From an uncultured Actinomycetota bacterium (GTDB taxonomy: Bacteria > Actinomycetota > Actinomycetes > Propionibacteriales > Nocardioidaceae): DNA of 64,000 bases. Positions 27,089 through 35,879 of the stretch are shown here, one piece after another; within the stretch, counting starts at the first letter, position 1, and each line of letters starts with the position of its first letter. The notes under the pieces were generated by a model that saw nothing but the letters and a program-made list of their open reading frames with translations, searched no databases and was not told the origin of the DNA. The translations under genes were made by a program, and so were the position numbers. The stretch is from the NCBI GenBank assembly GCA_963786415.1, contig CAWAZC010000003.1, positions 535,720 through 599,719 on the forward strand, read 5' to 3'.

Positions 27089-28552
27089 TCACTCCCAGGT
27101 GTGCACCGGCTCGTTGCTGTGCATGTTGCGTTGGTACTCCAGCAGGGTGGCCCGCAGCGCGTCGTACCGGTCGAGGTCCGATCGCTCGTGCATCCGGGTG
27201 GCGAACCACTCCGCGCCGTTCGTGCCCTGCAGGCAGCGCTGCTCGATGATGCCCAACAGCCGGTCGCGGACGTCGGCCGAGACACCCCACGACGCCAGGC
27301 CATCGTGGGCCATCGGGAGCAGCCGCCGGAGCACCAGTTCGGTGGCCCGCACCTGCCCGATGCCCGGCCAGTAGATCTCCGCCTCGATGCCGTGCTCCGC
27401 GGCGACGTGGAAGTTCTCCTCCGCGGCGCTGAAGGACATCTGCGACCACAGCGGCCGCTGGCTGTCGACGAAGGCACGGACCAGGCCGAAGTAGAGCGCC
27501 GAGTTGGCCATCATGTCCGAGACGGTCGGCCCGGCGGCCAGGACGCGGTTCTCGACGCGCAGGTGTGGGATCCCCGACGCGATGTCGTAGACCGGGCGGT
27601 TCCAGCGGTAGATCGTGCCGTTGTGCAGCCGGAGCTCGGACAGCTCCGGAGTCCCGCCGTCCTCCAGTACCTCGAGCGGGTCCTCGTCGTCGGTGATCGG
27701 CAGCAGCGCCGGGAAGTAGCGGACGTTCTCCTCGAACAGGTCGAACACCGAGTTGATCCACCGCTCCCCGAACCACACCCGGGGCCGCACGCCCTGGGCC
27801 TTGAGCTCCTCGCTGCGCGTGTCGGTCGCCTGCTCGAACAGCGGGATCCGGGTCTCGCGCCACAGCTCCTTGCCGAGCAGGTAGGGCGAGTTGGCGCTCA
27901 CCGCGAGCTGGACGGCCGCGACCGCCTGCGAGGCGTTCCAGTACGACGCGAACTGGTCGGGCGAGGTCTGCACGTGCAGCTGCATGCTGGTGCAGGCCGC
28001 CTCCGGCACGATCGAGTCGGCGGTCGTGACCAGCCGCTCGGGCCCGGCGATAGAGATGGCGATGTCCTCCCCCCTGGCGGACATGATCTGCTCGCTGAGC
28101 AGGCTGTAGCGCGGGTTGGAGCTCAGCGTGCCCGGGGTCAGGTGGCCCTCGGCCAGCGTGGGCAGGACTCCGATGGTCACCATGTGGGCACCCACCTTCG
28201 ACGACTGCTTCTCGGCGTCGTTGAGGCTCTCCCGCAGCGTCTCCTCGAAAGTGGTGAGCCCGCCCTCGCGCAGTTTTGCCGGCGGCACGTTGATCTCGAT
28301 GTTGAACTGACCGAGCTCGGTCACGAAGTTGGGATCGGCGATCGCCTCCAGTGCCTCCGCGTTCTTCAGCGCCGGGTCGCCGTGCTCGTCGACCAGGTTG
28401 AGCTCGACCTCCAGCCCGGTCATCGGGTCGTCGGTGTCGAACTGCTCGTCGCGCAGCATCCGGGCGAAGACGTCGAGGCAGCGCCGCACCTTCTCGCGGT
28501 ACCGCGTGCGGTCGGCTCGGGAGAACTCTTGTGCTTCGACCTCTTCGCCCAT
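27089..28552 (-). CDS. Glutamate--cysteine ligase family 2 (GCS2) protein
   Basis: GLEVELNLVD, TELGQFNIEIN, QLHVQ, ANSPY, HNGTIYRWNRPVY, LRVENR. Confidence 0.85.
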   Translation of the reverse strand: MGEEVEAQEFSRADRTRYREKVRRCLDVFARMLRDEQFDTDDPMTGLEVELNLVDEHGDPALKNAEALEAIADPNFVTELGQFNIEINVPPAKLREGGLTTFEETLRESLNDAEKQSSKVGAHMVTIGVLPTLAEGHLTPGTLSSNPRYSLLSEQIMSARGEDIAISIAGPERLVTTADSIVPEAACTSMQLHVQTSPDQFASYWNASQAVAAVQLAVSANSPYLLGKELWRETRIPLFEQATDTRSEELKAQGVRPRVWFGERWINSVFDLFEENVRYFPALLPITDDEDPLEVLEDGGTPELSELRLHNGTIYRWNRPVYDIASGIPHLRVENRVLAAGPTVSDMMANSALYFGLVRAFVDSQRPLWSQMSFSAAEENFHVAAEHGIEAEIYWPGIGQVRATELVLRRLLPMAHDGLASWGVSADVRDRLLGIIEQRCLQGTNGAEWFATRMHERSDLDRYDALRATLLEYQRNMHSNEPVHTWE

Positions 28553-28600
28553 GGTCAGACCCTAGGGATCATGGGGCCCCGCGGCGAGAGTTCGTCCAGA

Positions 28601-29533
28601 TCAGGACGACGCGGACACCACCCCCTCCCACATCGACGGTGGCACCGCCTCGGTGAGGACGTGGGCCAGGTGGTGGGCCATCCGGTAGTCGGGATCGGCC
28701 TCGAGACAGCGGTCGACAGCGCACCAGGCGAGGGCGCCGTTGCCCGCGAGCCAGGCGGCGAAGCCGAGGACGGCGGCAACCGGCGCGACGAGGTCGTCGG
28801 GAGCACGACGGACCAGATCTCCCCAGAGGCGAGCGTGCGCCCCCGCGGTGTCTCGGCTCAGCAGGCCGAGCGCGACATCGCGGCCCTGCACGTCGACGAG
28901 GCACCTGAGCAGCCGCGCGGCCTCGCCGTCGCCGGGCACCGACCCGGCCGCGACGTGACCGACCACGGCCTCCGGCAACCAGCCCGGCCCGGCACGCGAA
29001 AGGGTGGGGTCGCGCACGGCTGCGGCCACGCGAGCCACCGCGACCGGATCGGGCGCGACCGTCGCCTCCAGCTCGGCCCTGGACCTGTGGGTGACCCGCC
29101 CGCTGAGCACGGACTCGGCGGCGAACGGGTGCGCCGAGACGTCGTAGGGCACCCCCGAGGACGAGACCGAGCGCCGAGACCGCAGCATCGGGAACCACCG
29201 ACGACCATCGGCCCGAAGCAGGTCGACCACCTCGATTCCGGCGTCACGGAAGGCCCGCACCAGGCGCCGGGCCACCTGGTCGGCGGGCAGCGGGTGCTCG
29301 GAGTAGAGCAGGAACAGCACCCGCCCCACGCCGTGCCGGACGCTCGGGGACAGCAGGGCCTGGATGCACTCGTCGACCTCCTGGCCGACGCGCGGCAGGT
29401 CGACCCGGGCGTGGAAGCAGCTCGGCCCGTCGAACGTGAACATCACCGCGGAGTCGGTCGGCACGAACCCGAGCACGACGGGCGCGGCGGCGAGCAGGTC
29501 CTCGGGCGAGCGGAGGTTCAGGGTCGTGGTCAT
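28601..29533 (-). CDS. DUF4192 family protein
   Basis: SPEDLLAAAPVVLGFVPTDS, RDVAL, AWLAGNGALA. Confidence 0.8.
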   Translation of the reverse strand: MTTTLNLRSPEDLLAAAPVVLGFVPTDSAVMFTFDGPSCFHARVDLPRVGQEVDECIQALLSPSVRHGVGRVLFLLYSEHPLPADQVARRLVRAFRDAGIEVVDLLRADGRRWFPMLRSRRSVSSSGVPYDVSAHPFAAESVLSGRVTHRSRAELEATVAPDPVAVARVAAAVRDPTLSRAGPGWLPEAVVGHVAAGSVPGDGEAARLLRCLVDVQGRDVALGLLSRDTAGAHARLWGDLVRRAPDDLVAPVAAVLGFAAWLAGNGALAWCAVDRCLEADPDYRMAHHLAHVLTEAVPPSMWEGVVSASS

Positions 29534-29656
29534 GACCGGAACCCTTCCCGGTCGGGCCGACGAATCGGCCCAGCGTCGGGTCGGGCTGTGGAAAGCCCTG
29601 CGGCGACCCGGGCTGTGGACCGTGGGTGGGCCGGTCCGACGGGTAGTTTGCCCATC

Positions 29657-30979
29657 ATGCGTCCGGTCGCCTCGGTGCTCCATCTCGACCTGGACGCCTT
29701 CTTCGCCGCCGTCGAGCAACGGGACAAGCCGTCGTTGCGCGGCAAGCCGGTCGTCGTCGGCGGTGTCGGCGGCCGAGGCGTGGTGTCGACCGCGTCGTAC
29801 GAGGCGAGGCGGTACGGCGTCCGCTCGGCCATGTCGACCCGGGAGGCCCGGGCGCGGTGCCCGCACGCGGCCTTCCTGTCCGGCCGGTTCCACGCCTACC
29901 GGGAGGCCAGCGGGACCGTGATGGCGCTGCTGCGCACGGCCTCCGCCCTTGTCGAGCCGCTCTCGCTCGACGAGGCCTTCGTCGACCTCGAGCGGGCGGA
30001 CCTCCCCGACCTCGAGGTGGAGACGGTCCGCGCCTTCGCCGAGCAGCTGCGGACGCGGGTCACCGAGGCGACGGACGGACTGACGGCCTCGGTGGGAATC
30101 GGCACCTCGAAGTTCATCGCCAAGGTCGCGAGCGACCTGGACAAGCCGGACGGCCTGGTCGTCGTACCCCCTGGGACCGAGCAGGACCTGCTCCGGCCGA
30201 TGCACGTCACCGTGATCCCCGGCGTCGGGCCGGCCACCACCGAACGGCTCCGCCGGGCCGGCATCCACACCGTCGCCGACCTGGAGACGCTGAGTGTCGA
30301 GGAGCTGGTCCGGATGCTCGGCAGAGCCCACGGCACCGGGCTGCACGCCCTCGCGCGTGCCCAGGACGACCGGCCGGTGGTGGCCGAACGGGAGACCAAG
30401 TCGATCAGCGTCGAGGGCACCTACGACACCGACCTGACCGACCGCAAGCTGATGGAGGGGCTGCTCACCCGGCAGGCGGGCAGCGTCGCGGAGCGGCTGC
30501 GCAAGAACGGCATGTCGGGCCGCACCGTCACGATCAAGGTCCGGTTGCACGACTTCACCACGCTCAGCCGCTCCGCCACCCTGCCCTCCCCCGTCGACGA
30601 CGCCGCCACCGTCGCGCGCCTGGCGCGCAGCCTGCTCACCGAGCTCGACACCTCCGGCGGGGTCCGCCTGCTCGGCGTGGGCGTCTCCGGGCTGGCCGAC
30701 TGGATCCAGGACGACCTGTTCGGCGACGACTCCGACGACGAGGAGGCGCAGCCGCCTGACGAACCGCTGCCCGGCCCTCCGCGACCGGTCTGGTCACCGG
30801 GCATGGACGTGGTGCACGACGAAATGGGGAGGGGCTGGGTGTGGGGCTCGGGCCGTGGCGTGGTGACCGTGCGCTTCGAGACCGCGCAGACGCCGGCCGG
30901 GCCGGTGCGGTCCTACCCGATCGACGACCCCGCGCTCAGCGCATGGCGACCGGAGGACCCGGCCGGTGATCCGGAATGA
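29657..30979 (+). CDS. dinB: DNA polymerase IV
   Basis: HLDLDAFFAAVE, SYEARRYGV, LSLDEAF, KVASDLDKP, clamp motif QDDLF. Confidence 0.95.
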   Translation: MRPVASVLHLDLDAFFAAVEQRDKPSLRGKPVVVGGVGGRGVVSTASYEARRYGVRSAMSTREARARCPHAAFLSGRFHAYREASGTVMALLRTASALVEPLSLDEAFVDLERADLPDLEVETVRAFAEQLRTRVTEATDGLTASVGIGTSKFIAKVASDLDKPDGLVVVPPGTEQDLLRPMHVTVIPGVGPATTERLRRAGIHTVADLETLSVEELVRMLGRAHGTGLHALARAQDDRPVVAERETKSISVEGTYDTDLTDRKLMEGLLTRQAGSVAERLRKNGMSGRTVTIKVRLHDFTTLSRSATLPSPVDDAATVARLARSLLTELDTSGGVRLLGVGVSGLADWIQDDLFGDDSDDEEAQPPDEPLPGPPRPVWSPGMDVVHDEMGRGWVWGSGRGVVTVRFETAQTPAGPVRSYPIDDPALSAWRPEDPAGDPE

Positions 30980-31820
30980 AGCTGACCTCGTCCCCTGGCC
31001 GCAGCTGCCCGCACTGCCACAGGTCCTCCCGCCGCACGACACCGATCACCGGGTAGCCACCGGTCGGCGGGTGGTCGGCCAGGAACACCACCGGCTGCCC
31101 GTTCGGCGGCACCTGCACCGCCCCCAGCACCATCCCTTCGCTGGGCAGCTCGTCGTCGCGCTTCCACTCGAGCTGGTGTCCCTTCAGCCGCAGCCCGACC
31201 CGGTTGGAGTCGGCCTCGACGACGTACGGCGCGGCGCACAGGCGGTGCAGGGCGTCCGGGCCGAACCAGTCGTCCCGGGGGCCCGGGGTGACCCGCAACG
31301 GCCCGCGACGACCCGGTCGGGGCGTGTCGTGGGCGTGCGGCTCCCCCGCCGGCCGCCCGACCGGCAGCTCGGTCCCTTCACCCACCCGGGGCGGACCGAC
31401 CCAGGCGAGGGTGTCGGTGGCCCGCGACCCGAGCACCGGCTCGACGCCGAAACCCCCCGCGACCGCCACGTAGCTGCGGACGCCGGTCACCGGCGCGCCC
31501 AGCCGGAGCACCGCGCCGGGCGGGACCCACACCGCCTCGGCATGCGGCGCCGGCGCCTTGTCGACGGCCACCGGACACGGGGCCCCGGTGACCACCACCC
31601 AGTGGCCGCCTCCTGCTCTCGCCGCGAACTGGCCGAGCGTCACCTCCAGCACCGCGGCCTCCGGCGGGTTGCCCACGAGCCGGTTGGCCAGGTCGGCGGC
31701 TCGGTCGTCGAGCGGCCCGGCGCGGGGCACCCCGAGGTGGGCAAGGCCGAATCGGCCGCGGTCCTGCACCGTGGTGAGGGCGCCGGCCACGAGCACGGTC
31801 AGACCCGAGCGGTCGCTCAT
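30936..31820 (-). CDS. pxpC: 5-oxoprolinase subunit C
   Basis: TTVQDRGR, ANRLVGN, NRVGLRL, GAVQVPPNGQP, DHPPTGGYP. Confidence 0.88.
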   Translation of the reverse strand: MSDRSGLTVLVAGALTTVQDRGRFGLAHLGVPRAGPLDDRAADLANRLVGNPPEAAVLEVTLGQFAARAGGGHWVVVTGAPCPVAVDKAPAPHAEAVWVPPGAVLRLGAPVTGVRSYVAVAGGFGVEPVLGSRATDTLAWVGPPRVGEGTELPVGRPAGEPHAHDTPRPGRRGPLRVTPGPRDDWFGPDALHRLCAAPYVVEADSNRVGLRLKGHQLEWKRDDELPSEGMVLGAVQVPPNGQPVVFLADHPPTGGYPVIGVVRREDLWQCGQLRPGDEVSFIPDHRPGPPVAMR

Positions 31821-32422
31821 CTCGGGACGAACCTGACCCTGGTGCCCGGCGCCAGAAGGGCGGGGTGGTCGCGGGAGGCGTCCCACAGGACCGCGTCGGT
31901 CGTGCCGAGCAGTCGCCACCCTCCGGGCGACTCCCCCGGGTAGACGCCGCACCACGACCCGGCCAGTCCGACCGACCCCGCGGGGACGCGTGACCGCGGC
32001 GAGTCGAGGCGGGGCACGGCCAGCCGCTCGGGCAGCCCCGAGAGGTAGGAGAACCCGGGGGCGAAGCCGCAGAAGTCGGCGACGTACTCCACGTCGGAGT
32101 GGGCCGCGACCGCGTCTTGCTCGGTCATCCCCCAGCGCTCGGCGACGAACCCGAGGTCGGGTCCGTCGTAGTCCACCGGGACCTCGACGAGCTCGCCTGG
32201 CTCCGGACTGATCGACGGGCTCCAGCCGGACAGTGCCCTGATGAGCTCGTCAGGGTCGGGGACGCCGTCCAAGAGCACGCTCGCGGCGGCGGGCACGATC
32301 TCGTCGGCCGGTAAGGACTGCTCACGAGCCCACGCGGCCAGGGAACGGGCAGCCGCGGAGTCCTCCAGTTCGACCAGCACGGCGTGGTGGCCGACGGAGA
32401 GGGTTGTCAGGGACTGGTCCAC
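31817..32422 (-). CDS. pxpB: 5-oxoprolinase subunit B
   Basis: VPVDYDGPDL, GFAPGFSYL, VPAGSVG, SPGGWRLLG. Confidence 0.88.
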   Translation of the reverse strand: MDQSLTTLSVGHHAVLVELEDSAAARSLAAWAREQSLPADEIVPAAASVLLDGVPDPDELIRALSGWSPSISPEPGELVEVPVDYDGPDLGFVAERWGMTEQDAVAAHSDVEYVADFCGFAPGFSYLSGLPERLAVPRLDSPRSRVPAGSVGLAGSWCGVYPGESPGGWRLLGTTDAVLWDASRDHPALLAPGTRVRFVPR

Positions 32423-32449
32423 GGGGACAGTCTGGACCGCATCTCGGGA

Positions 32450-32645
32450 AATGGGTGAGGGGCCCTTCGATGGTATGAGCATCAAAGGGCCCCTCGATTT
32501 GATCGGTGATGTGACGCCCGATCCACCGGACAGAGCCTCCGATCCCGCCGTCCCCGTCACCGGGCCGACGCGGCGAGTTGCCTCGCCGTGCGGATCCTTG
32601 TCTCCGTCCGATCCCCAACCTCCCCGCGAACGGTTCGGTTGGTAG
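32450..32645 (-). ncRNA. Putative structured non-coding RNA, family not recognised
   Basis: Nested helices with GCAA and GUGA tetraloops, G-U pairs only in the minus orientation, upstream TTGCGC-N18-TAGAAC, 3' 16-bp hairpin. Ends are approximate. Confidence 0.7.
32457..32495 (-). terminator. Intrinsic terminator-like hairpin ending the putative ncRNA
   Basis: GAGGGGCCCUUUGAUG-CUCAUAC-CAUCGAAGGGCCCCUC then ACCCAUUU. Confidence 0.7.
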
Positions 32646-32715
32646 GGAGAGTTCTACGGGGTCGGGGCGTCGGCGCGCAAGCGTTTTCGGCAACCGATTT
32701 CGACAAACTTCTGGT

Positions 32716-32796
32716 CCCACAGCCTCCTCCACAGAAGTGCCGGAAAGGTCCACAGAATGGGGCGATCTCTCCACAGTTCCGGGGCTGGGTTGTGGA
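32716..32796. promoter_or_regulatory. Phased TCCACAG (DnaA-box-like) repeat array
   Basis: TCCACAG at 32728, 32749 and 32770 (21-bp period), CCCACAG at 32716, inverted TTGTGGA at 32790. Confidence 0.55.
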
Positions 32797-32801
32797 TGGA
32801 C

Positions 32802-33491
32802 TCAGAGCCCGCGCAGCACCCATCCGGCGTCCTCGAGCGCCCGCCGCACGGCGCGCGCGTGACCCACCGCGCCGGGGCTGTCGCCGTGGACGCAGACCGA
32901 GTCGACCGTGCGCGCGAGCTCGACGGCGTTGGCGGCGATCGTGGCGCTGTCCGAGAGCACCGCTCCCGGCTGGTCCCGCGGCACCAGCCGTCCGTCGTCG
33001 CCGTACCCCCGGTCGGGGAAGCCCTCGAGCAGGATCCGGCGACCCGCGGACCGGGCCAGGTCGAGGACGACGGCACCGGCCATTCCGAGCACCGGCAGCG
33101 AACCGGACCCGGCCAGGACAGCCTGCGCCTGTTCCTCGTCGTCGATCACCCGGTGGTAGAGCGCGCCGTGCGGCTTCAGGTACCGCACCGAGGTCCCCTC
33201 CGCCTGCGCGATCTCGCCCAGCGTCCCGACCTGGTCGGCCACCTGGTCGCGCAGCAGGTCGGGTGCGACGTCATGAGCGACCCGGCCGAAGTTCTCCCGG
33301 TCGTCGTAGGACACCTGGGCACCGACGGAAACACCGAGTTCGGACGCCTGGGCGCAGACCGACCGCATGATCTCGCGGTTGCCGGCGTGGTAGCCGCAGG
33401 CCACGTTGGCGCTGGTGACCACCGCCACCAGCGCCTCGTCGTCGGTGACCTCCTCCCCCAGGTCGGCGTTGAGATCGACGAACCCGCTCAT
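32802..33491 (-). CDS. pxpA: 5-oxoprolinase subunit A (LamB/YcsF)
   Basis: DLNADLGE, SANVACGYHAG, YLKPHGALY, SVCVHGD. Confidence 0.92.
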   Translation of the reverse strand: MSGFVDLNADLGEEVTDDEALVAVVTSANVACGYHAGNREIMRSVCAQASELGVSVGAQVSYDDRENFGRVAHDVAPDLLRDQVADQVGTLGEIAQAEGTSVRYLKPHGALYHRVIDDEEQAQAVLAGSGSLPVLGMAGAVVLDLARSAGRRILLEGFPDRGYGDDGRLVPRDQPGAVLSDSATIAANAVELARTVDSVCVHGDSPGAVGHARAVRRALEDAGWVLRGL

Positions 33492-33523
33492 GGATCACAT
33501 TGTGCCGCGGCTAGCCTTCGGCC

Positions 33524-35671
33524 ATGGAGCCACCTGTCGCCGAGCGTCGCCCGGTCACGACCACCCACCACGGCCGCACCCGCGTCGACGAGTACGAGTG
33601 GCTGCGGGCCAGCGATGACCCCGACGTCAAGGCCTACCTCGAGGCCGAGAACGCCTACGCCCAGGAGCGGGTCGCCCACCTGGCCGACCTCCGGGAGACG
33701 ATCTTCGAGGAGATCAAGGCGCGCACCCGCGAGACCGACCTGTCGGTGCCGACGCGAAACCGCGGCTTCTGGTACTACGCCCGTTCCTTCGAGGGCAAGG
33801 AGTACGGCGCCACCTGCCGGATCCCGATCCGCGGCGAGGACGACTGGACTCCCCCGCAGCCGGAGGAGGACTGCGTCCCCGACCAGCCCGCCCTGCCCGG
33901 CGAGCAGCTGCTGCTCGACGCCAATGAGCTGGCCGAGGGTCACGAGTTCTTCGCCCTGGGCGGCTCCTCGGTCAGCCCGGACACCCACCTGCTGGCCTAC
34001 TCCACCGACACGACCGGCGACGAGCGCTTCACCGTGCGGGTCAAGGACCTGCGGACCGGCCGCCTCGAGGACGACGAGATCACCGGCGTGCTCGGCGGCG
34101 CCACCTGGAGCCGCGACGGCCGGGACTTCTACTACACGACGGTCGACGAGTCGTGGCGGCCCGACAAGATCTGGCGACACCGGCTCGGCACCAGCCAGGC
34201 CGACGACGAGCTGGTCCACCACGAGCAGGACGGACGATTCTGGGTCGGGGTGGGCCGTAGCCGCACCGACCGCTTCATCGTGATCGCCGCCGCGTCGAAG
34301 ACCACGTCGGAGTGCCGCTACTTCGACGCCGATGACCCGGACGCGGGCTTCCGGGTCTTCTCGCCCCGCCGGGACGGACTGGAGTACGGCCTCGAGCACG
34401 CCGTGATCGGCGGCGAGGACGTGTTCCTCGTGCTGCACAACCACACCGGCCCCGACTTCGAGCTGGGAGTCGCTCCCCTGGCCCCCACCGGGCCCGAGGG
34501 CTGGCGCCCACTCATCCCGCACGACCCGGCGGTACGGCTGGAGGACGTGGACGCCCACGCCGGGCACCTGGTCGTGAACCAGCGCAGCGACGGCCTCACC
34601 CAGCTGCGCATCCTCGAGCTCGACGCGGCTGCCGAGAGCGGGGGCGGCGTGCAGGACGACTACCTGATCGAGTTCGACCAGGAGATCTACACAGTCGGCT
34701 CGGGCAGCAACCCGGCGTTCGACACCCCGGTGGTGCGGCTGGGCTACACCTCCATGGCCATTCCGTCCTCGGTCTACGACTACGACGTCCGTTCCAGGAA
34801 GCTGACCCTGCTGCGACGTACGCCGGTGCTGGGAGGCTACGACCCGGACGACTACGAGGAGCACCGGCTGTGGGCCACCGCCGATGACGGCGAGCGGGTG
34901 CCGATCTCGGTCGTCTGCCGCCTCGGTGCCCGCGAGGACACGGGCGGTGGCACCGCGCCGATCCCCCTCGTGCTCTACGGGTACGGCGCCTACGAGACCT
35001 CGTTCGACCCCTACTTCTCCATCCCCCGGCTGTCGTTGCTCGACCGCGGCGCGGCCTTCGCGATCGCCCACGTCCGGGGCGGCGGCGAGCTCGGCCGACG
35101 GTGGTACGACGACGGGAAGCTCGACCGCAAGCCGAACTCGTTCACCGACTTCATCGCCTGCGCGCGGCACCTGGTCGACAGCGGCTGGACCACCCCGGAG
35201 CTCACGATCGCGGAGGGAGCCAGCGCCGGCGGGCTGCTGATGGGCGCTGTCACCAACCTCGCGCCGGGGTCGTTCGGTGGGGTCGTGGCCAATGTCGCGT
35301 TCGTGGACATCCTCACGACCATGCTCAACTCCAGCCTTCCGCTGACCGTGCCGGAGTACGAGGAGTGGGGGAACCCCGAGGCGGACCCGGACGTGTTCGA
35401 CCTGATCGCCGGCTACGCGCCGTACGACAACGTGGCCGCGATCGACTACCCACCGATCCTCGCCGAGACCTCGCTGCACGACACCCGGGTGGCCTACGTG
35501 GAGCCGGCCAAGTGGATCGCCCGGCTGCGCGCCACAGCAACCGGGCGCCGCGACTTCCTGCTCAAGACCGAGATGGCGGCGGGCCACGGCGGCGTCTCGG
35601 GCCGTTACAAGTCCTGGCGTGACCGCGCGTTCTCGCTGGCGTGGATCCTGGACCGCATGGGCCTGGCCTGA
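33524..35671 (+). CDS. ptrB: Oligopeptidase B (S9A)
   Basis: DEYEWLR, YGYGAY, HVRGGGELG, GASAGG, DTRV, AGHGG. Confidence 0.92.
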   Translation: MEPPVAERRPVTTTHHGRTRVDEYEWLRASDDPDVKAYLEAENAYAQERVAHLADLRETIFEEIKARTRETDLSVPTRNRGFWYYARSFEGKEYGATCRIPIRGEDDWTPPQPEEDCVPDQPALPGEQLLLDANELAEGHEFFALGGSSVSPDTHLLAYSTDTTGDERFTVRVKDLRTGRLEDDEITGVLGGATWSRDGRDFYYTTVDESWRPDKIWRHRLGTSQADDELVHHEQDGRFWVGVGRSRTDRFIVIAAASKTTSECRYFDADDPDAGFRVFSPRRDGLEYGLEHAVIGGEDVFLVLHNHTGPDFELGVAPLAPTGPEGWRPLIPHDPAVRLEDVDAHAGHLVVNQRSDGLTQLRILELDAAAESGGGVQDDYLIEFDQEIYTVGSGSNPAFDTPVVRLGYTSMAIPSSVYDYDVRSRKLTLLRRTPVLGGYDPDDYEEHRLWATADDGERVPISVVCRLGAREDTGGGTAPIPLVLYGYGAYETSFDPYFSIPRLSLLDRGAAFAIAHVRGGGELGRRWYDDGKLDRKPNSFTDFIACARHLVDSGWTTPELTIAEGASAGGLLMGAVTNLAPGSFGGVVANVAFVDILTTMLNSSLPLTVPEYEEWGNPEADPDVFDLIAGYAPYDNVAAIDYPPILAETSLHDTRVAYVEPAKWIARLRATATGRRDFLLKTEMAAGHGGVSGRYKSWRDRAFSLAWILDRMGLA

Positions 35672-35699
35672 CCATGGCTGATCTGGGCCACCGCCTCCC

Positions 35700-35824
35700 C
35701 TGAGAAGTCCCTGAGAGTTACGAAAAAGGGCAACTCAACCCCCCTCCCACACGTCTTTTCCACTGTAGGAGCACCACCACGGCTCCACCCGCCCGCCGGG
35801 AATCTCCGGGGGCACGGAGTCGTT
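35700..35824 (+). promoter_or_regulatory. Composite promoter: MprA-like box, SigE-type and SigR-type promoters
   Basis: CTGAGA-N5-CTGAGA 35700-35716; GCAAC-N17-CGTCT 35730-35756; GGAAT-N18-GTT 35799-35824. Confidence 0.65.
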
Positions 35825-35879
35825 GGAACCAATGAGGCGGCGCGGGGGCGTCGCCTCGTGCAGAGGAAAGGGCACCTGA

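Noticed and set aside
27101-29656. N-terminal 850 aa of the 1292-aa ORF ending in DinB
   Set aside because: Antisense shadow of the GCS2 and DUF4192 genes; dinB starts at 29657 behind a TAGTTT -10.
32716-32796. Possible oriC or CRISPR array
   Set aside because: No dnaA/dnaN or AT-rich unwinding element; repeats are only 7 bp and there are no cas genes.
32322-32862. Short ORFs across the pxpA-pxpB gap
   Set aside because: No SD or leaderless context, atypical codon use and no motifs; RNA structure explains the region better.
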